Assembly (NCBI GenBank): GCA_964594395.1
Contig: CAZQLW010000005.1
Span: forward strand, 1 to 39,985
Source of the DNA: an uncultured Methanosarcinales archaeon
GTDB lineage: Archaea; Nanobdellota; Nanobdellia; Woesearchaeales; GW2011-AR9
DNA: 39,985 nucleotides
Reading direction: 5' to 3'
In this document: positions 9,594-19,974 of the stretch, in pieces
Numbering within the stretch: position 1 is the first letter of the stretch
Layout: every line of letters begins with the position of its first letter
Position numbers and translations under genes: made by a program
Notes under the pieces: model-generated
Told to the model about the DNA's origin: nothing
Databases searched by the model: none
What the model saw: only the letters and a program-made list of their open reading frames with translations

Positions 9594-10046
9594 ATGAAAA
9601 AAGAAATACTTGGCGTTAAAGCGCCAAAAAATAAATGTACTGATAACAAATGTCCGTTTCATGGATTGATTAATGTAAAAAATGAACCTTTGAAAGGTAC
9701 AGTTGTGAAAAAAGATATTAGTAGATCTGCAACTATTGAATGGTCCAAATCTCATTATGTTTCAAAGTACGAAAGATACGAGTTAAGAAGGTCTAGACAA
9801 AGAGTTCATAATCCTACTTGTCTCAATGCAGAGCTTGGTGACGAAGTATTAGCAGTTAAAACTCGTCCATTAAGTAAAACTAAAAATTATGTTATTATTG
9901 ATATTATTAAAAAAGGATCTGCTTCAACAGAACCTGTTGAAGAGAAAAAACCTAGTAAAAATAAAAAACAAACAGAAAAAAAAGTAGAATCTGAAACAGT
10001 TAAACCTACTGAAAAAAATGAAAAAGTTGAAGAGAGTGAAAATTAA
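9594..10046 (+). CDS. rps17: 30S ribosomal protein S17 (uS17)
   Basis: CTDNKCPFHG, KYERYE, RPLSKTK. Confidence 0.97.
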   Translation: MKKEILGVKAPKNKCTDNKCPFHGLINVKNEPLKGTVVKKDISRSATIEWSKSHYVSKYERYELRRSRQRVHNPTCLNAELGDEVLAVKTRPLSKTKNYVIIDIIKKGSASTEPVEEKKPSKNKKQTEKKVESETVKPTEKNEKVEESEN

Positions 10047-10447
10047 TGAAAGCTGTAAGTAGTAAAATTACCAAATCGCTTCCTGTACAAGCTCATGTAA
10101 ACACTTGCGATAATTCGGGCGCTAAAGTGCTTAAAATTATTGCTGTTAAAGGTCATAAGACTGTTAGGGGAAGAATTCCTGCAGCAGGTGTAGGTGATTT
10201 AATCTTTGTTTCAGTTAAAAAAGGAAAATTAGAAATGAGAAAAACAGTAGTTCCTGCAGTAATAGTTCGACAAAAGAAAGAATATCGTAGAGTTGATGGA
10301 ACGAGAATCAAATTTGAAGATAATGCGGCCGTAGTCCTTAAAGATGTTAAAGGTAATCCTAAAGGAACAATTTTTAAAGGGCCCATTGCTAAAGAAGCTG
10401 CTGAAAGGTGGCCTGCAGTTGCTAAAGTGGCAAACATGATTGTTTAA
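10046..10447 (+). CDS. rpl14: 50S ribosomal protein L14 (uL14)
   Basis: DNSGAK, FEDNAAV, GPIAKEAAERW. Confidence 0.98.
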   Translation: MKAVSSKITKSLPVQAHVNTCDNSGAKVLKIIAVKGHKTVRGRIPAAGVGDLIFVSVKKGKLEMRKTVVPAVIVRQKKEYRRVDGTRIKFEDNAAVVLKDVKGNPKGTIFKGPIAKEAAERWPAVAKVANMIV

Positions 10448-10449
10448 AA

Positions 10450-10944
10450 ATGGTAAATAATAAATTCACAACATCCTGGAAAAGTAGCGTTCAACCTAGA
10501 AAGCAACGTAAATACACTTACAATTTACCTTTACATCTTAAACAGAAACAAATGCACGTGCATTTATCTGCTGATTTAAGAAAAAAGTACGGGTATAGAA
10601 ACATCCTTGTTAGAAAAGGCGATAAAGTAAAAATCCTTAAGGGACAATTTGCAAAGAAGGAAGGTAAAATTGAAACAGTGAACTTGAATCGGGGTAAAGT
10701 TTTTGTTATTGGTATTGAAATAATTAAGAAAGATGGGACTAAATTACCTTATCCATTATTACCTTCAAATTTAATGATTACTGAACTCGATTTAAGTGAT
10801 CGTAAGAGAAAAGATAAATTAGAATTAAAAAATAAAAATCCAGTAAAAAAAGAAACTTCTAAAACTGTGTCGAAGTCAGAACCAGTAAATGAAGAAGTTA
10901 AAAAATCAACAACTGATAATCAAAATAATGAGGATAAAAAATGA
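10450..10944 (+). CDS. rpl24: 50S ribosomal protein L24 (uL24)
   Basis: QPRKQRK, KOW motif RKGDKVKILKG, PSNLMIT. Confidence 0.97.
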   Translation: MVNNKFTTSWKSSVQPRKQRKYTYNLPLHLKQKQMHVHLSADLRKKYGYRNILVRKGDKVKILKGQFAKKEGKIETVNLNRGKVFVIGIEIIKKDGTKLPYPLLPSNLMITELDLSDRKRKDKLELKNKNPVKKETSKTVSKSEPVNEEVKKSTTDNQNNEDKK

Positions 10945-11630
10945 AACAACATCTTAAACGAATAGCTTCACCAAAAACATGGACTATTGACCGTAAAAAG
11001 CGAACTTTCATTACTAGGCCTAGGCCCGGTGCACATTCATTTTCGTTCGGTTTACCTTTAGGCGTTGTTTTAAGAGATTTTTTGGGTTTATCTTCAACCA
11101 TGGCTGAAGCAAAAAAAACTATTAATAATAAAGACATTTTGGTAGACGGTAAACGGAGAAAAGATTATCGTTACATTGTTGGTCTTTTTGACGTTTTAAG
11201 TATCCCTGAAATTAAAAAATCATGGCGAGCATTATTTGATAAGAAGGGAAGAATTATTTTTAACGAAATCACTGCTACTGAAAGTGGCTTGAAACCTTGC
11301 AAAATTGTGGGTAAAAAAACAATTGCTGGAAATAAAATCCAGTTTAATTTGCATGATGGAAAAAATATTATTGCTGATGCAAAAGCAAATGTTGGAGATA
11401 CCTTATTATTAACTTTACCAAAACTTGAAATTAAAGATGTGTTATCATTAGAGAAAGGCGTTGCTGTTTTTTTAACTAATGGTAAACATAGTGGTGATAA
11501 TGGTAAATTCAAAGAAATCAAAAATAATGAAGCAATTTATGTTCGAGAAAAGCAGGAAATTGAAACTGCTAAAAATTACCTTTTTGTTATTGGTAAAGAT
11601 AAACCTGTAATTGAGGTTAAAACTGAATAA
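10941..11630 (+). CDS. rps4e: 30S ribosomal protein S4e
   Basis: HLKRIASPKTW, PRPGAH, NLHDGKN. Confidence 0.97.
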   Translation: MKQHLKRIASPKTWTIDRKKRTFITRPRPGAHSFSFGLPLGVVLRDFLGLSSTMAEAKKTINNKDILVDGKRRKDYRYIVGLFDVLSIPEIKKSWRALFDKKGRIIFNEITATESGLKPCKIVGKKTIAGNKIQFNLHDGKNIIADAKANVGDTLLLTLPKLEIKDVLSLEKGVAVFLTNGKHSGDNGKFKEIKNNEAIYVREKQEIETAKNYLFVIGKDKPVIEVKTE

Positions 11631-11632
11631 AA

Positions 11633-12148
11633 ATGGAAGACGGAAAAACAAACCCATTAAGAAAAATCAAAATCAGTAAGATTACTCTAAATGTAGGTTC
11701 AGGAAAAAATGAAGAAACGTTAAAAAGAGGTTTAGTCTTGTTACAAAAGTTTTCCAAACTTAAACCTGTTAAAACTCTTACTTCAAAGAGGATTCCTGCT
11801 TGGGGTTTAAGACCAGGATTAGCTATTGGTTGTAAGTTAACTATTCGTGATAATACTGAACAATTATTAAAAAGACTTTTAGTAGCAAAAGAGAATGTTT
11901 TGAAAGAATCTTGTTTTGATACACAAGGCAACTTTTCTTTTGGCGTACCAGAATATATTGATGTTGAAGGTCTTGAATATGATCCTGACTTAAAAATCAT
12001 GGGTTTTGAAGTTGCTGTAACTTTGGAACGGCCAGGATTTAGAGTTAAGAAAAGGAAAATCAATCCAAAATTAATTGGTAAAAAACATATTATCACTAAA
12101 GAAGACGCAATTGAGTTTGTTAAACAGTTTGGTGTTGAGGTTAAATGA
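11633..12148 (+). CDS. rpl5: 50S ribosomal protein L5 (uL5)
   Basis: [27 protein letters not shown]. Confidence 0.98.
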   Translation: MEDGKTNPLRKIKISKITLNVGSGKNEETLKRGLVLLQKFSKLKPVKTLTSKRIPAWGLRPGLAIGCKLTIRDNTEQLLKRLLVAKENVLKESCFDTQGNFSFGVPEYIDVEGLEYDPDLKIMGFEVAVTLERPGFRVKKRKINPKLIGKKHIITKEDAIEFVKQFGVEVK

Positions 12149-12155
12149 AGATAAA

Positions 12156-12386
12156 ATGACTACTAGCGATTATAAAAAAGCGTTTAAACAATTGGACGCT
12201 AAACCTGTAAAGAAGGAGAAATATATTAAATTTAATCAACCTAAAGAAAGATCTTGCGGAATTGCATTAAAAAAATGTAGAAACTGTGGTCGGAATAGAG
12301 GACATATTAATAAGTATGGTTTGCATTTATGTCGACAATGTTTCCGTGAAATGGCTTTAGGATTAGGGTTTAAAAAATTTAGCTAG
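12156..12386 (+). CDS. rps14: 30S ribosomal protein S14 (Zn-binding); start set at ATG 12156
   Basis: CRNCG...[13 protein letters not shown]...GFKK. Confidence 0.96.
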   Translation: MTTSDYKKAFKQLDAKPVKKEKYIKFNQPKERSCGIALKKCRNCGRNRGHINKYGLHLCRQCFREMALGLGFKKFS

Positions 12387-12486
12387 CGCTAAATTTTGAC
12401 CTTGCCTATGGCAAGCTTTAAAAAATTCAGCTGAAACTGAAATGAAAATTAAAACAATAATAATCAAATGATGAGGAAAACAAAAA

Positions 12487-12876
12487 ATGCTTAATGACCC
12501 ATTGGCTGCGGCCTTAGCAAAAATATTGAACGCAGAGAAAGTAGGTAAGAAAGAAGTAGTTATTAAACCAGCTTCAAAAATGATCCAAAAAGTCTTATCA
12601 ATCATGAACGAGAACCATTATATTGGTTCATTTGAAGTTATCGATGATGGTAAGGGTGGGATACTAAAAATTAACCTATTGGGAAATATTAACAAATGTG
12701 GAGTTATTAAACCAAGATTCTCTACTAAAAATAATACTTTTGAAAAGTGGGAAACTAGATATTTGCCTGCTAAAGATTTCGGAACTATTATTGTTTCAAC
12801 ATCCAAGGGGATTATGCCTCATTATCAAGCTAAAGAAAAGAAAATGGGAGGTAAGCTTTTAGCCTACTGTTATTAA
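12487..12876 (+). CDS. rps8: 30S ribosomal protein S8 (uS8)
   Basis: [27 protein letters not shown]. Confidence 0.98.
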   Translation: MLNDPLAAALAKILNAEKVGKKEVVIKPASKMIQKVLSIMNENHYIGSFEVIDDGKGGILKINLLGNINKCGVIKPRFSTKNNTFEKWETRYLPAKDFGTIIVSTSKGIMPHYQAKEKKMGGKLLAYCY

Positions 12877-12878
12877 AA

Positions 12879-13424
12879 ATGAAAATTGATTTACAAGAAG
12901 AAATTGTACTTCCTGAAGGAGTTAACGTAGATTTGAATGGTGCTATAATTAATGTTAAAGGGCCAAATGGAGAAATTAAAAAAACGTTTACTCATCCTAG
13001 GGTGTCTATTGTTGTTGATGCTGGGAAAATAATTTTAAGTTCAAGTAAAGCAACTAAGAAAGAGAAAGTTATGGTGGGTACATTTACTGCTCACATTAAA
13101 AACATGATTAAAGGTGTCCAAGAACCTTTTGTTTATAAACTTAAAATTTGTTCAGGTCACTTCCCGATGACTGTGTCTGTATCTGGTAATGAAGTGATTA
13201 TTAAAAACTTTTTAGGTGAAAGTGTACCACGGAAAGTTACTTTATTGGACGGTTCAGAGGTTAAAGTTAACGGGACAGAAATAGTAATTACTAGTCCTGA
13301 TAAAGAAGTTGCAGGACAAAATGCAGCTAAGATTGAAAGTTTGTGTAGGATCACTAATAGAGATATTAGAATATTTCAAGATGGATGTTACATTGTCCAT
13401 AAAGCTGGTAAAGATATATCCTGA
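12879..13424 (+). CDS. rpl6: 50S ribosomal protein L6 (uL6)
   Basis: VKGPNG, HFPM, DIRIFQDGCYI. Confidence 0.98.
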   Translation: MKIDLQEEIVLPEGVNVDLNGAIINVKGPNGEIKKTFTHPRVSIVVDAGKIILSSSKATKKEKVMVGTFTAHIKNMIKGVQEPFVYKLKICSGHFPMTVSVSGNEVIIKNFLGESVPRKVTLLDGSEVKVNGTEIVITSPDKEVAGQNAAKIESLCRITNRDIRIFQDGCYIVHKAGKDIS

Positions 13425-13463
13425 TTAAATCAAAAATAGTAAGAAAAATAAAGATAAAAAAAT

Positions 13464-14111
13464 ATGACATCAACAAAACCATTATTGGAATTGCGGAAGA
13501 AAATTAAGAAAGCTAAACCTACTTTTGTAGTTAAAGAGTCAAAATTTTCAGCTAAGGTTAAATCTCGTTGGAGATATCCGCGAGGTAAACATTCGTCTAC
13601 TAGACAGTATCATAAAGGTAGACCTAAAATGGTTAATCCGGGTTATGGTAGTCCTACAGCTGTAAAACATTTACATTCTTCAGGTTTGAAAACGGTTTTA
13701 GTAAATAATAATGCCGATTTATCAAATTTGGACATTGAGAATGAGGGTGCTATAATTTCATCTAAAGTTAGTAAAAAAAACAAATTAGTTTTACTTAAAT
13801 TTGCTAAAGATAAGAAAATCACTGTTTTAAATTATACTGATAAATCTATTGAAAAAATAGAATCTGAATTTGCTCAACGTAAAAAAATTAAAGCTGAAAA
13901 ACTTAAAGAAAAAGGCAAAAAACAGGAAGAAAAGAAAAAGAAAGCTGAAATTAAAGAAAATAAAGAAGATAAAGAAGATAGTAAAGAAGATAAGAAAGCC
14001 AATAAAGATTCAGATAATGTTGATGCAAAAATTGAAAATGTTGAAAAAGTTGAAAAAGAACGAGAAGAGCAACAAAAAGCTGTTGAGAAAGAAATTATTA
14101 AAAAACAATAA
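13464..14111 (+). CDS. rpl32e: 50S ribosomal protein L32e with long charged tail
   Basis: WRYPRGKHS, GYGSP, HSSG. Confidence 0.94.
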   Translation: MTSTKPLLELRKKIKKAKPTFVVKESKFSAKVKSRWRYPRGKHSSTRQYHKGRPKMVNPGYGSPTAVKHLHSSGLKTVLVNNNADLSNLDIENEGAIISSKVSKKNKLVLLKFAKDKKITVLNYTDKSIEKIESEFAQRKKIKAEKLKEKGKKQEEKKKKAEIKENKEDKEDSKEDKKANKDSDNVDAKIENVEKVEKEREEQQKAVEKEIIKKQ

Positions 14112-14143
14112 ATGAAAAATAATACTAATTTGAGACTATAAAA

Positions 14144-14614
14144 ATGAAAAATAAAAAACAACTTGCAGCAAAGATTATGAAAACATCTCCGAAGAAGGTG
14201 GTTTTTTTAGTTGAGGCTCTCGAAGATATCAAAAAAGCAATCACGCGATCAGATTTAAGAGGATTAATTGCTATTGGTAAAATTGGTCAGGCTAAAAGTA
14301 ATCATTTGTCTCGTGTTAGGGCAAGGAAAATTCAATCTCAAAAACGTAAAGGTCGACAAAAAGGAAGAGGGAGTAAAAAAGGAAGTAAAAATTCCGTTAT
14401 TACTAAGAAAGATAAATGGATGGCAAGAGTAAGAATTCAAAGAAAGTTCATCAAAGAATTGAAAGAGAGAGGTTTAATTGTTACTGCAGATTACCAAATG
14501 CTTTACAGAAAAGTTAAAGGTGGTTATTTTAGGAATAAGAGACACATAAAATTATACTTAACTGAATATAAATTAATTAACAAAAATGAACAACCTCAGG
14601 AGCTGAAAAAATAA
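14144..14614 (+). CDS. rpl19e: 50S ribosomal protein L19e
   Basis: AITRSDLR, GRGSKKG, LYRKVKGGYF. Confidence 0.97.
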   Translation: MKNKKQLAAKIMKTSPKKVVFLVEALEDIKKAITRSDLRGLIAIGKIGQAKSNHLSRVRARKIQSQKRKGRQKGRGSKKGSKNSVITKKDKWMARVRIQRKFIKELKERGLIVTADYQMLYRKVKGGYFRNKRHIKLYLTEYKLINKNEQPQELKK

Positions 14615-14616
14615 AA

Positions 14617-15126
14617 ATGGCTAGTAAAAAACCTAAACAAGTATTGTACCGTAGAAAAATGGAAGGAAGGACTAACTATTCAAAACGTTTAAGTCTATTA
14701 TTATCTAAGAAATTACGTTTAATTGTTCGTTTTACTAACCAGCGTGTAATTGCTCAAGTTTGTGAATTTAATAGTCAGAGTAAGGGTGATAAAATTTTAG
14801 CAGCAGTTGATTCGTTTGCTTTAAAGAAATATGGTTGGACATCTTCCCATAAAAATTTACCTGCAGCATATTTAACTGGTATATTAATTGCTAAAACTGT
14901 TTCAAGTAAAGGTCGTCAAGAAGCAATATTGGATACTGGTTTACGTACTCCTGTTAAGAAAGGAAAAATTTATGCTTTTTTGAAAGGTGCACTTGACGGT
15001 GGAATGGACATTCTTCATGGTGGAGAAGATATTTATCCAGTGGAAGATCGTCTTTTAGGAAAACATATTAATAAAGACTTACCTGCTCAGGTTGAAAAAG
15101 TTAAAGAAAAAATAATGAGTAACTAA
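14617..15126 (+). CDS. rpl18: 50S ribosomal protein L18 (uL18)
   Basis: RRKMEGRTNY, NLPAAYLTG, LKGALDGG. Confidence 0.97.
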   Translation: MASKKPKQVLYRRKMEGRTNYSKRLSLLLSKKLRLIVRFTNQRVIAQVCEFNSQSKGDKILAAVDSFALKKYGWTSSHKNLPAAYLTGILIAKTVSSKGRQEAILDTGLRTPVKKGKIYAFLKGALDGGMDILHGGEDIYPVEDRLLGKHINKDLPAQVEKVKEKIMSN

Positions 15127-15127
15127 A

Positions 15128-16174
15128 ATGGTTGAAAAAAAATCAGACTCAAACAATAAAATGAATAATAACAATAATAATAGTAATCGAAATAATCGGA
15201 ATAGTGGTGGCAAGGATAAAAAATTTAACAGAAATCCTCGTCAATTTGTAGAACCGGAAGTAGTTTGGGTACCAAAAACTGTTTTGGGTAAAAAAGTTAA
15301 AGATGGTACTATTACCGAAATTGAAGAAATCTTTAATACTGGTCAAAAAATTCTTGAATCAGAAATTGTTGATACTCTTTTACCTAACCTTGAAGAAGAA
15401 TTACTTCTAGTTGGTCAGGCTAAAGGTAAGTTTGGTGGTGGTCAGAAAAGGATTTTTAGACAAACTCAAAAGAAAACTAAAGAAGGTAACAAAATTCATT
15501 TTTTAACATTTTCTGCTGTTGGTAACAAAAACGGTTATGTTGGAGTTGCAATGGGAAAAAGTGGAGAAACTGTCCCTGCTCGAGAAAAGTCAAAAAGGAA
15601 AGCAAGATTAAATATATTTAGGGTTAGACGTGGTTGTGGTAGTTGGCAATGTAACTGTAAACAACCTCACACTATCCCTTTTACTATTACTGGAAAATGT
15701 GGTTCGGCCACTATTAAATTAATGCCGGCACCAAAAGGTAAAGGTCTTTGTATTGAAAGTGAATGTGGAAAAATATTAGCTTTGGCAGGAATAAAAGATG
15801 TTTGGTGTAAAACTTCTGGCCAGACAAAGACTAAAGTTAATTTACTTCATGCTCTTATCAGTGCTTTAAAAAAGAGTTCTGAGATGAAAATTCAACCAGA
15901 AGACATTGTTAATTTAGGTATTGTTGACGGAAAATTAAAAGCCGATGACGAACCTGATCAAGAAGAATTAGAATTTTTACAAGCAAAACCTTCTGAAGAA
16001 GTTCCTGTTGAAGGTGAAGTAGTAGCAATAGAAGAAACTGAAGAAACTGAAGAAAAAGTTAAAGAAGAAGTAGCTGAAGAAGCTAAAAAAGTAGAATCTG
16101 AAGAAGCAACAAAAGAAGTTGTAACAGAAGAATCACAATCACAACCAGATGAAGTAGTAGAGGAAAAACAATAA
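15128..16174 (+). CDS. rps5: 30S ribosomal protein S5 (uS5) with Asn-rich N-terminus and acidic tail
   Basis: WVPKTVLG, RRGCGSW, PAPKGKGL, LAGIKDVW. Confidence 0.97.
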   Translation: MVEKKSDSNNKMNNNNNNSNRNNRNSGGKDKKFNRNPRQFVEPEVVWVPKTVLGKKVKDGTITEIEEIFNTGQKILESEIVDTLLPNLEEELLLVGQAKGKFGGGQKRIFRQTQKKTKEGNKIHFLTFSAVGNKNGYVGVAMGKSGETVPAREKSKRKARLNIFRVRRGCGSWQCNCKQPHTIPFTITGKCGSATIKLMPAPKGKGLCIESECGKILALAGIKDVWCKTSGQTKTKVNLLHALISALKKSSEMKIQPEDIVNLGIVDGKLKADDEPDQEELEFLQAKPSEEVPVEGEVVAIEETEETEEKVKEEVAEEAKKVESEEATKEVVTEESQSQPDEVVEEKQ

Positions 16175-16680
16175 TGACAGAAAAAACTGAAACCGGACCT
16201 AGTACTCCAGCAGACGTTGAAGTTAAAAAAGAAACTTCACCCGTAACAAAAAAATCAGGAAAAATTGCGGTGATTTTAGTTAGAGGTATGGTTGGTTTAA
16301 GTAAGAAAGTTAAAGATACTTTATTAATGTTAAATTTATCAAGAAAAAATCATTGTGTGGTTATTGTTGATAACCCTGTTAATCGAGGGATGATAAATAA
16401 GGTTAAAGATTTTACTACTTGGGGAGAAATTACTGATGACACTTTTAAAGAATTATTAGATAAGAGGGGTCAACTTTTCCAGGGAAGAGAAACTGATTTG
16501 AATAATAAATATCATTATAATTTGTTTGAACATGAAGGTAAAAAGTATAAAAAATATTTTACTCTTAGCCCACCCCGTAAAGGTTTTGGCCGGAAAGGAA
16601 TAAAAATGCCATTCAAACTTGGTGGTGCTCTTGGAGATCGAGGAGATAAGGTTAACGATTTGATTAGGAGAATGTTATAA
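16174..16680 (+). CDS. rpl30: 50S ribosomal protein L30 (uL30, archaeal long form)
   Basis: KVKDFTTWGE, LSPPRKG, GGALGDRG. Confidence 0.96.
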   Translation: MTEKTETGPSTPADVEVKKETSPVTKKSGKIAVILVRGMVGLSKKVKDTLLMLNLSRKNHCVVIVDNPVNRGMINKVKDFTTWGEITDDTFKELLDKRGQLFQGRETDLNNKYHYNLFEHEGKKYKKYFTLSPPRKGFGRKGIKMPFKLGGALGDRGDKVNDLIRRML

Positions 16681-16687
16681 TTATAAA

Positions 16688-17212
16688 ATGGTTGTAAGCA
16701 AACGTAAGAAAGTTGGAAAATATCGTGCTCATACTACTCACGGTGGTGGACATCGAAAGAAAAGGCGTGGCGCTGGTAGTCGTGGCGGTAGAGGTAATGC
16801 TGGAACTGGTAAACGTGCTGGGCAGAAAAAAGCTGGAATTTCTCGTAAGTTGGGGAAAAAAGGGTTCACTAGTAAAAGGGCCAATGATGAGAACGGGATA
16901 AATGTTAGCTGGTTTAGTGTTAAGATGGTTAACAAGTTATTGGAAAAAGGAAAAATCACTAAGGAAGGTGATGTTTTTGTATTAAACTTAAACAAGTTAG
17001 GTTACCAAAAATTGTTAGGTACAGGAACAACTAATTTAAAACTTAGAATTACAGTTAATAATTGTAGTGCTTCAGCTGAAGAAAAGATTGTTGCTGCTGG
17101 CGGAGAAGTAGTTAAAACTAAAAAAGTAGCTAAATCTGGATCAGATAAAAAAGAAGTAGCTGAAGAAGTTAATAAAGAACAACCACAAAAAAATAATCAG
17201 GAAGAAAACTAA
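16688..17212 (+). CDS. rpl15: 50S ribosomal protein L15 (uL15)
   Basis: RGAGSRGGRGNAG, KLLGTG, KIVAAGG. Confidence 0.97.
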   Translation: MVVSKRKKVGKYRAHTTHGGGHRKKRRGAGSRGGRGNAGTGKRAGQKKAGISRKLGKKGFTSKRANDENGINVSWFSVKMVNKLLEKGKITKEGDVFVLNLNKLGYQKLLGTGTTNLKLRITVNNCSASAEEKIVAAGGEVVKTKKVAKSGSDKKEVAEEVNKEQPQKNNQEEN

Positions 17213-17214
17213 AA

Positions 17215-18603
17215 ATGTCCCTCTTGGATAAAATTATTTTAAACCTGCCCGAAGTTCGAGGCCCGAAACAAAAGAGGTTACCGTTTAAAGAGAAACTTAA
17301 ATGGACTTTAATAATTCTAGTAATTTTCTTTGTCATGGGTTTAATACCTTTGTACGGTCTTGGAGAAAACGCTTTACAACAGTTTGAATTTCTTTCTATC
17401 ATTTTAGGTGCTTCATTTGGTTCGATAATTAGTTTAGGTATTGGTCCAATAGTTACTGCTTCTATTGTTTTACAATTATTGTCTGGTACGGGAATTTTAA
17501 ATTTAGATCTTACTAGTATTGAAGGTCGACAAAGGTTTCAGGGATTACAAAAATTATTAGCCATATTTTTTATCATTTTTGAAGCTGCAATTTATGTTTT
17601 AATGGGCGGTTTAGCTCCTGCAGCAAATCTTATGGGGACACCATTATATTCCCAGTTTCAAATTGTATTAATCTTTCAACTTTTCTTAGGTGGGATAATT
17701 ATCTTGTTTATGGATGACGTTATTAGTAAATGGGGTTTTGGTTCAGGAATTAGTTTATTTATTGCTGCTGGTGTAGCGCAACAGGTTTTTATTAGAGCTT
17801 TTAATTTTTTACCTTCTCCTACTAACCCAGAAATTGCTGCTGGTGCAATCCCTGCTTTGTTTCAATTTTTATCAATGGGAGATGTAACTAATGCAGCTAG
17901 ACAAATAGCGGCAGTTGTTTCAACTTTGTTAGTGTTTGCCATTTGTGTTTATGGTCAATCTATGAAAGTAGAAATACCATTATCTTTTGGTCGTGTTCGT
18001 GGTTACGGAATGAGATGGCCACTGAATTTCTTTTATACTTCTAACATCCCAGTTATTTTAGTCGCTGCTTTAATGGCTAATATTCAATTAGTAGCAAGAT
18101 TATTAGAACGATGGGGACATCCCATTTTGGGGACGTTTTCGGGTAATAGTCCTATTACTGGTTTAGTTTATTGGATAAATTCTCCAGACATTGTGCAAAC
18201 AATTATTGGTGGTGGATTTACGATTAGTATGTTGGGCCAGGCTGCAATTTATATTCTTTTAATGGTTGGCGGATCAGTAATGTTTTCAGTATTTTGGATG
18301 CAGACAGCAAACATGGATGCTAAATCGCAAGCTAAACAGATATTAAGTTCCGGGTTACAAATTCCTGGTTTTAGGAGAGATGAACGAGTTCTTGAGAAAA
18401 TTTTAAGTAGATATATTTGGCCATTAACAATCGTAGGTGGAGCTGCTGTAGGTTTGTTAGCAGCACTTGCAGACCTTACTGGAGCTTTATCACGTGGAAC
18501 TGGAATTTTGTTAGCCGTAATGATTGTCTATAAACTGTATGAAGAAATCGCTAAACAGCACATGATGGACATGCATCCTGCAATGCGAAAGTTTATGGAA
18601 TAA
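17215..18603 (+). CDS. secY: Preprotein translocase subunit SecY
   Basis: LGIGPIVTASI, GSGISLFI, YTSNIPVIL, IPGFR; many TM segments. Confidence 0.98.
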   Translation: MSLLDKIILNLPEVRGPKQKRLPFKEKLKWTLIILVIFFVMGLIPLYGLGENALQQFEFLSIILGASFGSIISLGIGPIVTASIVLQLLSGTGILNLDLTSIEGRQRFQGLQKLLAIFFIIFEAAIYVLMGGLAPAANLMGTPLYSQFQIVLIFQLFLGGIIILFMDDVISKWGFGSGISLFIAAGVAQQVFIRAFNFLPSPTNPEIAAGAIPALFQFLSMGDVTNAARQIAAVVSTLLVFAICVYGQSMKVEIPLSFGRVRGYGMRWPLNFFYTSNIPVILVAALMANIQLVARLLERWGHPILGTFSGNSPITGLVYWINSPDIVQTIIGGGFTISMLGQAAIYILLMVGGSVMFSVFWMQTANMDAKSQAKQILSSGLQIPGFRRDERVLEKILSRYIWPLTIVGGAAVGLLAALADLTGALSRGTGILLAVMIVYKLYEEIAKQHMMDMHPAMRKFME

Positions 18604-18682
18604 GTTAGTTTTTTGTAGTTATTTTAATTAATTATTTTTGGTGATGCAAAAGTTTATATATTTATTTGAATTATTAATTTTT

Positions 18683-19084
18683 ATGGTTAACGCAAAAATA
18701 TTTGGTTATATGATTCTTTGTATTCTTGTTTATTTGGCAATATTAATTCCTTTTGGAATTTTGTTTAACATAAAAACTATAGCTTTAGTACTTAGGGGCA
18801 TTTTTGGATCAATTTTTGTTGCAATTGCTTGTTTTGTATACTTTAAGAATAAAAGTAGTTCTAATGGTAAATTAGACATTTTTAAAATATATCTTTTGTA
18901 TTTTAAATTTCTTATACCAATAGCTTTGGTTTTGGGAATAATTAGTTTGGTTTTTGGTTTTGGCGGTTTAATCAATGTAGGATTTAACAAAGGATCCGGA
19001 TTTTTCTTAGGGATGGGTTTTTTTTTAGTATTGGTATCAATAATACTATATTTCGTGATTAAAAAACATAAAACAAAGAATTAA
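18683..19084 (+). CDS. Hypothetical membrane protein, about 4 TM; start set at ATG 18683
   Basis: Four hydrophobic stretches; TATA AAAAGTTTATATA at about 18648-18660 favours this start. Confidence 0.7.
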   Translation: MVNAKIFGYMILCILVYLAILIPFGILFNIKTIALVLRGIFGSIFVAIACFVYFKNKSSSNGKLDIFKIYLLYFKFLIPIALVLGIISLVFGFGGLINVGFNKGSGFFLGMGFFLVLVSIILYFVIKKHKTKN

Positions 19085-19173
19085 TATCTTCTGGTTTTTA
19101 TCAATTAACCACTATTAATCAACACGAAAATCCATAAGCTTTATATACAATACGTTAAATAAATTAGATTAAA

Positions 19174-19935
19174 ATGGCATTTTTAGACCCTGTATTTGAT
19201 CCGATTCTTCAACCTTTAATTAATCTTAGTCCTTTCTGGGCAATCATTATTCTGGCAGTAGTAGTTTCTTTACTGATTACTTTAGTTTACAAATTGGCTA
19301 CTGATCAGAAGAAGATGAAAGATATGAAAGAGAAACAAAAGGATTATCAGAAAAAGATGAAAGAACTTCGTAGTAATCCAGAAGAAATGATGAAAGTTCA
19401 AAAAGAAGCAATGAAACTTAACATGGAATACATGAAAAGTTCATTCAAACCAACTTTAATAACAATGATTCCTATTCTGCTTATTTTTGGTTGGATGGCT
19501 GGTCATCTTAGTTTTGAACCAATTTATCCCGGAGAAACTTATAGTGTCTCTGCAGAATTCTTGGAAGGGGTTAAGGGTGAAGCTGAACTTATTGCTGATC
19601 AAGGGACGGAACTTATTAGTCCTGCTGAACAAGAAATTGTTGAAGGTAAAGCGAATTGGAAATTGAAAAGTTCTAATGGTGAACATTTCTTAACCGTAAA
19701 AGTTGACGATGTCGAGGAATCAAAAAAAGTTTTGATTACTAAAGAATTGAAAACTGAAGAAGCAGTTACAATTTTTCAACATTCTGATATCAAACAAATT
19801 ACTATCAATTATAATAAATTAAGACCTTTAGGAACATTTGAAATATTTGGCTGGCAACCTGGCTGGTTAGGGTTATACATTATCTTTTCATTAGTTTTTA
19901 GTATGGTTTTAAGGAAATTGTTAAAGATATATTGA
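19174..19935 (+). CDS. DUF106/EMC3/TMCO1 (Oxa1 superfamily) membrane insertase
   Basis: TM, coiled coil, MKSSFKP, WLGLYIIFS; usual neighbour of secY. Confidence 0.88.
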   Translation: MAFLDPVFDPILQPLINLSPFWAIIILAVVVSLLITLVYKLATDQKKMKDMKEKQKDYQKKMKELRSNPEEMMKVQKEAMKLNMEYMKSSFKPTLITMIPILLIFGWMAGHLSFEPIYPGETYSVSAEFLEGVKGEAELIADQGTELISPAEQEIVEGKANWKLKSSNGEHFLTVKVDDVEESKKVLITKELKTEEAVTIFQHSDIKQITINYNKLRPLGTFEIFGWQPGWLGLYIIFSLVFSMVLRKLLKIY

Positions 19936-19974
19936 TTAGTTTTAAAATTAATTTAATAAAAAGGAGGAAATAAA

